Below, piece by piece: positions 12,446-25,588 of a stretch of 64,000 nucleotides of DNA. Position 1 is the first letter of the stretch; each line of letters starts with the position of its first letter. Both the position numbers and the translations under genes were made by a program. Location: the NCBI RefSeq assembly GCF_009914755.1, contig NC_060931.1; one strand, written 5' to 3'. A model generated the notes under the pieces. The model worked only from the letters and a program-made list of their open reading frames with translations, was not told where the DNA came from and searched no databases. The stretch comes from the human T2T-CHM13v2.0 reference genome, Homo sapiens.

Positions 12446-15225
12446 ACCTCTAACGTTTAGTATACTCTCCTAGAGTGTTCAAATTTGGAAATACTAGGAG
12501 GGGATATTTCTTTTTCCCAGAAAAGGACTCTGAACACTTGTACATATTCTGGAAGCATCCTTTGCTTCCTGCAGTAATTTATATCTGTTACTACTAAGCT
12601 TTAAGTATTCCAAGAGTTCATTATAAGTTCTTGCTTTCATGTGCTCTTGCAAATGAACCCCTTAAACAGATCACTTCACGTCCATGATGTGTGTAATTCG
12701 TCATGGAAGTCACTAATCCCAGATCTCCATGGAAGGCAAGTGGTAGCATTATTGAACAGCTCGACTTTTCTGACTGTCAAATTATCTTGCTCACCCATGG
12801 TTTCCTGATGCTTGGAACTCTGGCTTCTCACCTCAGAGGCTTTGTAAACAAAACAGTTTGTATAGGTTGCATTTGAAATGCAAAAAGCTTACTTTTTAAG
12901 TGTTGGGAATTCCAGGGAACATAAAATCACTTTCACCAATTCAATCTATAAAAATGAGAAATCAAGAACGTTAGTCATGCAAACTATAAAGTCACAAATC
13001 AAGGAGATTTCTGCTGAAGACAGAGCTTTATCCTTGTTTTTTGGATGCAGGGACCCTCCTTTCTATCACCAAAGGAATATTTTGGACAGAAACAGTTCAT
13101 TTGCTAGGGTATTTTCAAATTGGAAGAAGTGTGCCTTATATCACACTTACCAGTCTATATTGTCCAATCTATCATTTTCTCTCCCCAAACTAGAAAAGGG
13201 CAAAATGTGATAAATATGAGTTTAATGGTGAGTAACAAGTATCTTTGCATAATAACAGCTCATTTGTTATCAATATTATTGAAGGAATAGAACAAAGTAT
13301 CAGCTTAAAAATTCAACCTTTTTAACAAAACGAATTAACACTTCCTTGTCTTGGTGATGGATAATGCTGAACATAATTTAATCTCACCTAGTAACTCAGG
13401 GACTACTGAGGGTATACTGTTGTTTGCCCCTGCATTAAATAGTCCCTAATTATTGTGCTTTTTACTTACTGTATTCACTTAATAACTCCCCTCCCCTGCT
13501 GTTGGTACGCCTTTTATTTTGCGATGAGCTAATGAGATTATTCAACAGCTCTGTTAGATATGAGATAATCGAAGCTTGCTGGAATTGTGAGAAAAGTAAG
13601 AGCACATGAGTTTTGTGTGAGGCCCAAAGGCTTCTTCTATGAGCTCATGATTTTTTCTCATTAAACATTCTGACATGGTTTGCCTTCTACATGACTCAGA
13701 AGTTCTTGGCTTTGTAGTAGATTGTCAAAGTTGCTGGAAATGACCAATCGTGTATGCATGTGTGTGTGTCCGGTGTGGTGTCTACGTGCTAAGTATGTGA
13801 GAAGTAAATACATGAATATATACACATAATATAAATTTTAAGTTCCACAAGAGCATTTCTATATGCCTGTATCTATATAAACTTTCAATAAATGTTTGAA
13901 TTAATTAAAAACTGTATATATTTTGTATTTCTTGATTGGTGACCACCATAGCAACTTCAACAATTTTAGAATTCCTGCTGCCATGTGGGAAATGTGTAAT
14001 GTCCACCCTGGAACAATGCCCCAATTCCTTTTGGAAGAGAAAGGTATTCTGATAGCATTGTTATGACTACCATCCACACTTGTTTTGGGGGTTAAACTTC
14101 CAGGCAGCCAGCTTTATGCAGAAGGGTGATTCACTGTTTCTGTGTCCACTCAGCTCAAAGCCCCTCTGGGACTGGAACACCTTTAGTCTAATTTTCTCAA
14201 AAAAAAAAAAAAAAAGAGCATATTTGCCACTTTCCACTTAATAAAATGCCATGTAGAATATTGATATCAAAAGGCAGTTGCAATATCAAGATTTTCATAC
14301 TTCTATCGGATTAAGAGGGAGTACATTCTTTTGCTGCTAATGCTATTGACAGTCACAAAGATAAAGGGGAATTTAATGGCTTAAGAGCAATTAACTATAT
14401 TTCCTTCCTGGAATCAATCAGTAAAACACAGCACATCTGAGAATAGAGAAAGGAATATTGGATCCAAATCCCGAAGATCTCATCTGAGATAAATTTAAAA
14501 ATTAGGACTAATAACACTGGACTATATCTACCATGAGGTAAGATATTTGCTTTGACAAAGCTTTGCTTCAAAAATTTTTTCATCCTCTTTAATCATGTTG
14601 GAGGTCTACATCAATAAAGGATCAGTTACTTCTAATGGTATCTGTAAATTTATCATTTTTAATAATTATTAGACTGGTTTTTGCATTCACATTCTTTTAA
14701 AAATAATTGTAATATACCTTAATGCTTAAAATGACCAGTTCTCCAAATTGTTTGAAGTTGATTTTGAACCAACTTACGTTACTCATTGACAGCAAGTTGT
14801 ACCAGTAGCACGTGAATACTTAGATCATACTATAAATCCCAATATAAAGATTAGAGGTAGGGAGAACACAGAAGAATAACAGAATCTTGTGAAAGCCTCT
14901 GTGCAAAACTTCTGACTATCTCTTTGTATGCTCAGAGGATCTGATCTGGCACTCAATAGCACAAATCTACATGCCCTTCTAATCAAGATAATCCTGAGAT
15001 TATGACATCTGTTGGGGCTCAAACTCAAGATTAAGTGTCCACCCTGCAGGTTGGAAAGACACGATGAAGAGTTAACCTTATGATATGGAAATGCTAATGT
15101 GACATGAATCTTTGTAAAACTGTAACAAGCCTTCTCACTGTAGAGCTATAGCTTTTCTAAGCATTGCACAACTGACCCAAACTGTATTCATGCAGCGTTC
15201 ATTTTATAGGAAAAAGTATTATCAC

Positions 15226-15536
15226 CAGTGGTGAATGTATTGGGAAACTAATGAAGCTTAAACCTCAGGGTGCTTCACTTGCACAGGCCCCTTCTAAATA
15301 AATCTTCACATCTATACATAAGTTTTTTTAAGACATAAGGGTCTTGCTATCTATGTCACCCAGGCTGAACTTGGAGTCCTAGGCTCAAGTGGTCTTCCTA
15401 CTTTAGCCCCTGGAGTAGCTGGAACTATAGGCATATGGCACATAGTTTTGTATTTGTATTTTTTAAAATGTTTTCTTAAAAAGGGCCTTAATGTTATGTA
15501 AGTATCCAGCCCACAAGACCTGGCTCTGTCCAGCTG
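15226..15536 (+). mobile_element. hAT-Tip100 non-autonomous element (MER115/Zaphod-like ends)
   Basis: aactaatgaagcttaaacctcaggg...cacttgcacaggcccctt at the left end; gcccacaagacctgg...ctg at the right end. Confidence 0.55.
15323..15441 (-). mobile_element. FLAM Alu monomer nested in the hAT element
   Basis: Single Alu arm with flanks cataagtttt / catagtttt. Confidence 0.75.
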
Positions 15537-18500
15537 TATCCAGTGGGGTTTCTATGTGTGATCAAAATAGCTGGTTTGTGAGCAGCAGTCTTTTCTAAGA
15601 GGCACACATCTAAACATTATCCTTTTGTTTCCAATGGTTATCCAGCTTGGTTTTGTTTCTGACTCTACTGTGTTGACTTACAGTTTGCATGACACATCTG
15701 TCCAAAAACTATTTCCCTACATCAGAATTTCCCTATGCCAGGCTTGTCTATCCCCCTCTTGAATTTCAGTTTAAGTTTTCAATCCTTCCTTCAATCACAT
15801 AGCAGTCAGTCATTGCTCGGGTATTCTGCACACATCTGGTCTGGTGCAGATAGGACATGGTTAGCCTTGCTTAGGGTTTTGTGGATGGGCTGTTAAACAT
15901 GGGAGACTGGTGTGTATCTGCAAATCTCAAATGCGTCTCATCCCTGGAGTTGTGTGTGCCTGTTTCAAATATTTACACATATTTTTCTTTCCAGTCATCT
16001 GTCCCCCCAAATATTATCAACAAATACATTGTTGGAAGCACATTGTCTGTTTGAGTGTCATAGAATCTCTAACACTAGGAGATTTCTGGGGCTATGATGG
16101 GAAGAGGCAAAAGTTGGAAAAGTTAGTGCCCATTGTTTTGTTTTACAGAAAGTCATATTAAAAAAAATAAAAGTAAACATGTCGTTTCCTAGATTTGCAG
16201 ACCCAGTTTTCTTTAGTGATGTAAAAATGCCTAGAGAGGCCCTGATAGCTGTGCAAATGTTTGCAAATTGTATCACTTTGACTGATTGAGGGAATTTTAA
16301 CATCATCAGGTTGGGTGGGCACTAGTAAGATCTGTTTGCAATTGTAGTTCCCTGATGCTGGCCACAACTTAAAAACATACTTTCCTGTATACTTGTTGGC
16401 CAGTTTCTGAATGGAGGCAAGGCCTTTCTTCTGCAATCTGCACTCCCATAGCTGACTTTTTAATGAACAGTGGAGTAGAACATACTGTGGGAAAACCACC
16501 CTCCCATGCTGATTTCCAGAGCCATTAGAAATGAACAAGATCCAGTATATGACAGAGGCCTTCTTCCTGCTTAGCAGGCTTGACAACAACTTCCTTCTTG
16601 GCAAGACAATCAGTAAGCCCAATCACTTTGAAACACACTCGTCTGGTTACAAACAGAACCAGGAAGTTTTCTGGAAGTGCTGAATATGTCCCCCAATTAG
16701 AGGATCTGACTCTGATGTCCCTTCTTAGACATAATGCTTCTTTATTTCCATGGATGGCCTGTGTGAGGGAGGACTCTGGGACTTTTTTCTAAAGAAGTTT
16801 AACATTTTAAATTGATAAGGCTGGAAAATATCCACATACATGTTGAATGGCTCCTTTTCAGACTCCTATAAAAATGATATGTCTATTATGACTCAAAGAT
16901 GGTGCAGAAAATAATTATTAAAATAAGCAATTTTATACTAGATTGCTTTCTCTCCACGCCCATTGATTTAAAACTCTGTCTGAGTCTGCATGGAATATCC
17001 AATGCTTTTCTCTAAGAGAGATTAAGAATTAAGTCCCCTGCCTTTCCCATCTGTTTCTTCTTCTTAAAAATGTTCTCAGGCTTTCTTCCTGCCACTTTTC
17101 CTGGGATCATGACAAAGGTACACAGATGAAGGCTGATCTCAAAATAAGCATGTCAGTGCAAAGAAGTAAAGAAAGAAAAAAGAATGGTGGCCTAAAAGAA
17201 TGCAGAGGTTTACAGAAATGATGTACCTCCTGTAAAAATCTTAACTGCTCAGAGAGTCTTGGTTTTATGGAATGCCTCCTTGGAATGATTTTTTTTTTCC
17301 CAGTGGCTGCAATACATAAAGGCCACTGAAATTTGCTGTTACCCTCCCCCTGCTTTTTATATCCCCTCAAGTTCGGGTCAGTTTTCACCCATCTAAGCCC
17401 GGGTGGCAACTCTGGTTTAAATACCATTTCATGCCTGATAAAATTTCATTAGGCATTTTAACTTTTGATTTCTTTTATTGACTTATTGTGCAGATGGAGA
17501 GAAATGTTTAGAAAGGGAAAACAATTTAAATGGGGGATTTACTGAAGTCATGTTTCAGTAAGGAAGGAAATACCATTGACTTTATTACAGCTGCCTAATG
17601 TTTTCCACAAACTGTAGAAATAATGCGTTGTATCTTGGTGACCTACAATAGCAGCTGACTGCTTGCACATGATGGAAATGCAATCTGGTTTTGCTAAAAA
17701 TTAACTATTTAATGTCCTGGTGTCCTGTGTCTCACTGTATCTTGTGTCTGATTTCTTTTATATGTTCTTTTCTACTTGGGGACAGTCATTTGCTATAGGC
17801 CTGAATGCTGTGCAGCTTCCTGAGAAGGGGCTAGGGATAGATGGGGAGAGGCTGCACCAGATACCTGTATGTCTGTGTTTGCTGAGCCTGCATGGTCCTA
17901 AATGCTGATGTGAAGATTTCTTCTTCCTCCTTCCTGTGCCCCCTTTACCTACCCCCCCATCCTCCATCAACCAACCCCAAAAGGGCTTTCTCTCCCTTCG
18001 TTTTTCCTTTCTTCTCTCCCTCCCTCCCCCTTCCCTTTGCTGGGCCTTATCTGATATGTTTAATGATGTGATAAAACAAAAAGGGAAGTTTTTGATTGCA
18101 CGAACACACCCTTTGGAGAGATTCCAGCTGAAGAGTCTGTTAAGGAAAGCGAGAGCTGTGTGGGGAGGCCTGGGTGCTGGGTGTGAGGAAAATGCTAGCT
18201 TAGGAGGGAAAAATAATAACATGCTAGGATGGCAGTGGTGGTTGCAAGAGGTCTGGAGGGTGGGGGGAGTTCAAAAAGGAGCTTGCTTAATGAGGCCTCT
18301 CTGAAGATTTACTGCTGTGGCTGCTGCTGAGAAGAGGATCCGGAGAAAAGATGTTCTGCCCTGACTAGCTTCACAGGAAGTCAGACAGGGCTTGTGTTCT
18401 CTGGCAGGCAGAAGAGAGAGCCTGTTAGGCCCGCAGCATCTAGGAACTTTCAGCCTGATTGTTTTTTAAAGAGCCCTCTTCCATGCATTGTTGATGACTT

Positions 18501-19579
18501 TTATACATATAGTTCTCAAGGCAGAAAACCAAATAGGGAAACTGTTCTGGATGGAAGCCATTCCCCAGTTTGTCATGAGGATGTTCACATCGATTCCCAG
18601 GGGTACCATTTCCTCCCCTGACTGTACCTCTCATATAGCCTCAGGGTGCATCCTTCAGACATCAGCTTCTTGTCTGGGGGGACACAATGGACCATCCGCG
18701 GAAGTCAGAATGCTGTCCTTCACCCAGTGGATTGGGGCCTGGCCTTTTCCCATTTTCTCCTGCGAAACCCAAAGCCTCCCTCTCTTCTAGACACTGCAAG
18801 TCAAACTCTCTGGTGCAAATATCACAGCAACAGGCTGCCTGCACTCAAATGGGAATGCTGTCTTCATGCTAAAGGAGTTATAAGGATTAACTGCTAGGAG
18901 AAAATACTACCTTTCAGGTGCAAAAGCTTCACCTCTCTATCGTTAGAGTAGATACCATCACTGTCATTTTACTTATGGGAAAACGGTGGCTTAGTGAACA
19001 GGATGATTTGCTCGAGGATACAGAGGTATTTGGCTTTAGAACAGTCCTGCCCCAACTGACTACTGGAGCACACATGCACCGTGCTCTCAAGGACAGGCTG
19101 ATGTCATCTTGAGAACTCATTCTGGGTAATAAATCAGAATCCTTCAAGGGGAAGAAAAACAAATGGGGTTCTGGGTGTTTTTCTCACAAAAGACAGGAAA
19201 GCAGCCCTCTGGTACACCATGTAAATCATACTAAGTGAGACAGAATATGGAAAGACATACGGAGTTCAGGATTCCCACCCATGCTATGAGCTGAGGCTGA
19301 GCTGAGCTTCAATAAAATGAACTCAGCTTACCAGGAAGGCTCAAGGTAAATCCAAGGAAGGACTGAGTGTAGCCACAGTGAGGGAAGAAAAGCAAAGGAA
19401 TTCTTTGATGACAGACAGGGTCTTAGATCATATTCCCCCCAAGGACTGAGAAAAACAGAACAGTGGCAGGAAGGAAGTCCTCCCTTCTTCACTGAGTGGT
19501 GTGTGGCAACAGATAGAATGCCCAAAAAATTCTAAGCAGAAAATTACTTCATTGACGTCTGTTTCCATCTAAAAAATAC

Positions 19580-20010
19580 AAGATTCCTAGTTGCCTACTG
19601 AATATATTTTCTCTTTCTTCTTTAGTAAAAAAAAGCCTGATTTTTTGGAGGGTGAGGTGGGGGACATAAGTTGCCCATCTAAAGTTTTTATTTCTCAACC
19701 TTCCTTGCTGTTAAGTTCTGGCGAATAGGATGTAAAGTCAAATTTATTTGGTGGAAAGTCTAGGAAATTTCCTTTTAAGAAAAACAGACAGATGGCAGCT
19801 CTCTTGTCATCATAAGACACAAAGCTAAGTGCTAAGGATGTTGGAGCAGAAAAGATAGAAGCCTGTATCTCTAATGGTATCTTCTTGGCCACATAAAGAC
19901 TGAATTGTCTTTTCTCAGATTTCTTTTACAAGAAAGAATAAATTCCTCATTTGTTTGAGCCACTGTGACACGGTCTCTGTTACTAGCAGGAGAAGCCAAT
20001 TCCTGCTACA
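19580..20010 (+). mobile_element. MLT1 (J/K/L-type) MaLR LTR
   Basis: 3' end aataaattcctcatttgtttgagccactg...tctgttactagcag...aca. Confidence 0.6.
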
Positions 20011-20149
20011 AAAGGGAAGCTGCTTACTTTTTTCTCAGTACACAGGTAGTACACATGACACAAAGAAGTGGATGTTCAAAGTATGAAGGAGGCCAATAAA
20101 TACAAGGGAGAAATTCTAAATCTATTGCATTCACCCCTTCAATGAGAAT

Positions 20150-20320
20150 GTCATAATCTTAAATGTCAAAGGCCCTTTTGAGAAACTGTAGAAAGTTGTA
20201 GAAACCTCCTTAGGGAAATGCATATATACACTTCCATATGAAGTCTTCACACATAATCTCAAGCATGTTATGGAATCAGTGAAGCCTGTCTGCAAAGCCC
20301 TTGTTAGGGATTTCTGCACT
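20150..20320. mobile_element. hAT-Charlie MITE (MER103C-like)
   Basis: cccttttgagaa...aaatgcatatatacac...tgaagcc...gttagggatttctg. Confidence 0.5.
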
Positions 20321-21382
20321 GGGTTACAGTTACCTCAAGACTGAAAAGAAGGGACTAGATCTGGCTTGACTAATAGACTGTGCATTCAGGGTCTTTTACC
20401 CAGGAAGTCTCACGACTAGACTGAGTTACCTGGGTAGTCATACATCTTCCTAGGAGCCTTCTAAGAGAGCAACCTAAATCTTTTGGACTTGAAATGGGGT
20501 AATAAGACTGTTTTCTAGAGGAAAACTGAAAGGTCTGAGATCTGGTGGGACTCAGGGACAGTCCAGGCCATCACAGGGGGCTTCAAGAGGCTTCTGAGGC
20601 TAGCTGTAGCCCAGTGTTAAAACAAAAAATATACAAAGAGCTGATTTACTCTGCAAAACTGAGCAAAGGATGTTAGGAAGTGCTTCAGGATTGAATGGGA
20701 ACCATCTTTAAGGAAGTATCCACTTCTGTTTATTGGATTTTAGTAGATTCTGAGTAGTTTTACAGGACTTTATATGTTTGTGTGACACACTGACAAGACA
20801 TTCTGAATAGTTGGTTGGTTAACAAAAATGTAACAAGATATTTTACTTATAGCACAGCTGTTCCAATGTTTGGGCATTCCATTTCAAACTGCTATGAGCT
20901 GATCTAGTCCAAAGAGGCTTTACTGAAAAAAAAGTTATAGTACACAGTGTCCATTGGTGAATTTGCCTAAATAGTGTTTTATGCATTATGTCTGACGGCA
21001 AGTACGTATATTTGGAAGCTGTTTTGGTTTGATTTTCCAACAAAGTAATCCTTTCCCTCACAAATTTTAATTGGATGATGCCACAGAATAGGCCTAATCC
21101 AGTTGTGAAAATGTGTGAGCCCTATCATATTAATCCCCGATTGGGAAAAAAATGTATAACTCATTTCTTTAGATCTTTATCATACGTGATTTCTTCTTGA
21201 ATTATTTACATATCTTTCACTCTTTTTCAAAAACAAGGTAAAACAAAAAAACAAAACCCCAGAAACAAAAAACAAATGCCCTGATTTGTTCATTTCAACC
21301 TCCAAGATTATACAAGGAACATAATAATAGTGTTTGTGGAGCATTTTCTCATATTTTAATAGTAAATTAGAATATTCTGGGG

Positions 21383-21480
21383 GCAGTTCTTGAATTTCAG
21401 TGTGTTAAGAATCACTTGTGGAGTGTGTTAAAATGCAAATACCAACGCACCTCTGGACTCATTCAGGGGCCCATGCTGCT
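21383..21480. mobile_element. MER5-like hAT MITE fragment
   Basis: agaatcacttgtggagtgtgttaaaatgcaaat. Confidence 0.45.
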
Positions 21481-21500
21481 GTTAGTAGGTATTGTGCTTT

Positions 21501-22856
21501 TTTTTTTTTTTTTTAATACTTTAAGTTCTAAGGTAACATGTGCACAACGTGCAGGTTTGTTACACATGTATACATGTGCCATGTTGGTGCACTGCACCCA
21601 TTAACTGGTCATTTACATTAGGTATATCTCCTAATGCTATCCCTCCCTCCTCCCCCCACCCCACGACAGGCCCCGGTGTGTGATGTTCCCCAACCTGTGC
21701 CCAAGTGTTCTCATTGTTCAATTCCCACCTATGAGTGAGAACACGCGGTGTTTGGTTTTCTGTCCTTGCGATAGTTTGCTCAGAATGATGGTTTCCAGCT
21801 TCATCCATGTCCCAACAAATGACGTGAACTCATTCTTTTTTATGGCTGCATAGTATTCCATGGTGTATATGTGCCACATTTTCTTAATCCAGTCTATCAT
21901 TGATGGACATTTGGGTTGGTTCCAAGTCTTTGCTATTGTGAATAGTGCCACAATAAACATACGTGTGCATGTGTCTTTATAGCAGCATGATTTATAATCC
22001 TTTGGGTATATACCCAGTAATGGGATGGCTGGGTCAAATGGTATTTCTAGTTCTAGATCCTTGAGGAATCGCCACACTGTCTTCCACAATGATTGAACTA
22101 GTTTATAGTCCCAACAACAGTGTAAAAGTGTTCCCATTTCTCCACATCCTCTCCAGCACCTGTTGTTTCCTGACTTTTTAATGATCGCCATTCTAACTGG
22201 TGTGAGATGGTATCTCATTGTGGTTTTGATTTGCATTTCTCTGATGGCCAGTGATGATGAGCATTTTTTCATGTGTCTGTTGGCTGCATAAATGTCTTCT
22301 TTTGAGAAGGGTCTGTTCATATCCTTCACCCACTTTTGGTTGGGGTTGTTTGATTTTTTTCTTGTAGATTTGTTTAAGTTCTTTGTAGATTCTAGATATT
22401 AGCCCTTTGTCAGATGGGTAGATTATAGAAATGTTCTCCCATTCTGTAGGTTGCCTGTTCCCTCTGGTGATAGTTTCTTTTGCTGTGCAGAAGCTCTTTA
22501 GTTTAATTAGATCCCATTTGTCAATTTTGGCTTTTGTTGCCATTGCTTTTGGTGTTTTAGTCATGAAGTACTTGCCCATGCCTATGTCCCGAATGGTATT
22601 GCCTAGGTTTTCTTCTAGGGTTTTTATGGTTTTAGGTCTAACATTTAAGTCTTTAATTCACCTTGAATTAATTTTTGTATAAGTTGTAAGAAAGGGATCC
22701 AGTTTCAGCTTTCTAAGTATGGCTAGCCAGTTTTCCCAGCACCATTTATTAAATAGGGAATCGTTTCCCCATTTTTTGTTTTTGTCTGGTTTGTCAAAGA
22801 TCAGATGGTTGTAGATGTGTAGTATTATTTCTGAGGGCTCTGTTCTGTTCCATTGG
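21501..22856 (-). mobile_element. 5'-truncated L1PA (L1PA4-6-like), ORF2 C-terminus plus 3'UTR
   Basis: ORFs 21718..22329 and 22193..22579 are L1 ORF2 (CWRGC cysteine-rich domain); poly-T tail; TSD ttgtgcttt at about 21492 and 22861. Confidence 0.97.
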
Positions 22857-24573
22857 GCTGTTGTGCTTTAAAACACACAATCTAAGTTTTACAGAGCTGA
22901 AGTTTCTTTTGATAAAAGGGCGAGATTATTTGCTTATTTTATTTCTTTCCATTTGAAGACTACACAAATACTTTAAAACAATATTGTATTGAACAGTAAT
23001 GGGAATAGTGACATCAGGAAGAAAGTAGGAGGGAAAAACCTTGGTTTTCGTAACCACTGTACCCTGAGTGGGATATAAAGTTACATGTGACAACCCATGA
23101 GATGATGTACATGCCTGGAACATAACTGACCATCAGTCACTGGAGTGAATTCTGAGGGACCCCATCATTTCTATGGTGCCTCCTAAATGCTGTGTCACCT
23201 TAGGATTTGAAAACACTCTTCTCTTCTTAGACTATTCAAGTGATGATTGAACTGATGGCAATATCAGGAAGAAAAACTTTTAAGCCCTTCTCAGATGCTG
23301 TTCTATCTGCTTCATGTCATAAGCCCACAGATAGTTCTCCCTTTAGGAGACTTCGAACAGTCTTGTTTTACAATGTTAGGAATTACAATATTTTCAATAT
23401 GCTGCTCTAAAAATGCCATTTATGTTTATAATATACTGTCCTTTAACCTAGAAGTATGTATCATGTAAACTACAGATGTCTATTTTTTATATTTATGTGG
23501 AGGGTCTAGTTACTCACTGTCTGCTTTCACTAAACCTCTGTGTGCAAGAAGAGCTTTCCTCTCTCTGGCTCCACGTGTTGAGAGGCAGGTAAAGCTGGGT
23601 GGAGCAATGAGGCTACTTCTGAGAGGTGCTTACCCTGAGATGGGGTGGGCTACTGCAGGGTCAACTGTGTTAGAAAGGGAAAGGTCAAACCAGCAGAAGT
23701 CCAATACATCAATCATAAAGGAAAGCTGAAGTGTGGATAGTCAGGAAAAAGAGAAGGAGAAAGGCCCACACAAAACCAGTGGGAACTGATAAGAGAGGTG
23801 AAAAAGAAGCAATAGAGTCTAGACTATTTGTCATGAATGGGTTCATGGTTCTTAAATTTCATTTTTGGTAGCATAAAATTTCTTTTTCCTGACAATACAA
23901 GCCTTTGTGAGTCACATTTTGAGTAATCATTCAAGGTGTCTAACACTTTCAACTACCTCCAAACACAGGATCTGTAGTAACACTGGAGTCTCACCTATTT
24001 ATTTGCAGAGGGTCTTAAAGGCATCTAAAGGGAGCTCACTCCGCGCCCTATATCCTCATATGATTTTGTTACAGCTTCTCTGTTTATTTCAGCCACCTTT
24101 GAGGGCATTGAATAGTACCATCATCCCAATGCCACTCCCCACCTGTGGGCACTGATGCCCTTGCCTGGGATGGAGCCCCCTCGAGGCCCTTCAAGCAGCC
24201 AGTCATCAGGGTGTGAGGGCAGAGTGGCTTTCCCTAGAGCCCTCAAAGTGAGAATGCCGCTGTGTCCAACCGGACACGGGGAGACCAGTTCTTCCTCCCA
24301 GCTGTCACACTTTGTCTCTAGGCCCCAAACAGTGTGGCTTCTGTCTCACAGAGTTCCTCAGGAAAACACTTTCTTTCTGCCTTTCTCTACAGAGCCAGAA
24401 ATGAATCCATGGGGCTGAGATGAGGAACTAGAACCCACGGCACATACCACGTTATTCTGTCTATTTCTCTTCCTCTAAAAGCCTACTCCCTTTTTCTGGT
24501 TCTTCAGACTCAAACTTTCATGCAAACCAACTCCTGGGATGAGCTCCACTGGTGCATTAACCATGCCTGGTAT

Positions 24574-25588
24574 TGTGTCTGAAATTTATTCCTTCCGGTG
24601 GGTTCCTGGTCTCGCTGACTTCAAGAATAAAGCCATGGACCCTTGAAGTGTGTGTTACAGTTCTTAAAGATGGTGTGTCCAGAGTTTGTTCCTTCAGATG
24701 TTCAGACATGTCTGGAGTTTCTTCCTTCCAGTGGGTTCGTGGTCTCGCTGATTTCAGGAGTGAAGCCGCAGACCTTCGCAGTGAGTGTTACAGCTCTTAA
24801 AGGTGGCATGTCCAGACTTGTTTGTTCCTCCCGGTGGGTTTGTGGTCTCGCTGACTTCAGGAATGAAGCCTCAGACCCTCGCGGTGAGTTTTACAGCTCA
24901 TAAAGGTTGTGCGTACCCAAAGAATGAGCAGCAGCAAGATTTATTGTGAAGAGCAAAAGAACAAAGCTTCCACAGGTAGAATGGGACCCAAGTGGGTTTC
25001 CGCGGCTGACTTGGGTGGCCAGTGTTTATTCCCTTATTTGGCCCCACCCACATCCTGATGATTGGCCCATTTTACAGAGTGCTGATTGGTCCATTTTACA
25101 GAGTGCTGATTGGTCCGTTTTTACAAAGTGCTGATTGGTGTGTTTACAAACCTTTAGCTAGACACAGAGCACTGGTTGGTGCATTTTTACAGAGTGCTGA
25201 TTGGTGCATTTACAAACCTTTAGCTAGACACAGAGCACTGATTGGTGCGTTTTTACAGAGTGGTGATTGGTGCATTTACAAACCTTTAGCTAGACACAGA
25301 GCACTGATTGGTGCGTTTTTACAGAGTGGTGATTGGTGCATTTACAAACCTTTAGCTAGACACAGAGCACTGGTTGGTGCATTTTTAGAGTGCTGATTGG
25401 CGCATTTACAAACCTTTAGCTAGACACAGAGCACTGATTGGTGCGTTTTTACAGAGTGCTGATTGGTGCATTTACAAACCTTTAGCTAGACACAGAGTGC
25501 TGATTGGTGTGTTTACAATCCTCTAGCTAGACAGAAAAGTTCTCCAAGTCCCCACCAGACCCAGAAGCCTAGCTGGCTTCACGTCTCA
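24574..25588 (-). mobile_element. LTR12 (ERV9) solo LTR
   Basis: Minus strand TGAGACGTGAAGCCAGCTAGGCTTCTGGG...AATTTCAGACACA; 4-bp TSD GTAT at 24570-24573 and 25589-25592. Confidence 0.95.
25070..25535. repeat. LTR12 U3 tandem array (66-bp unit with two CCAAT boxes)
   Basis: tttacaaacc recurs at 25143, 25209, 25275, 25341, 25405, 25471; shorter 24-bp units upstream. Confidence 0.92.

Noticed and set aside
16158-18304. 154-aa ORFs (16158..16622, 17758..18222) and neighbours
   Set aside because: No recognisable domain, low-complexity segments, no supported exon structure
21718-22579. 203-aa and 128-aa ORFs as a host gene
   Set aside because: Frameshifted L1 ORF2 C-terminus of a 5'-truncated copy
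25022-25535. CRISPR-like array and 22-aa repeat ORF (25022..25396)
   Set aside because: Tandem 66-bp LTR12 units with no unique spacers; the ORF stays open only because the unit length is a multiple of 3
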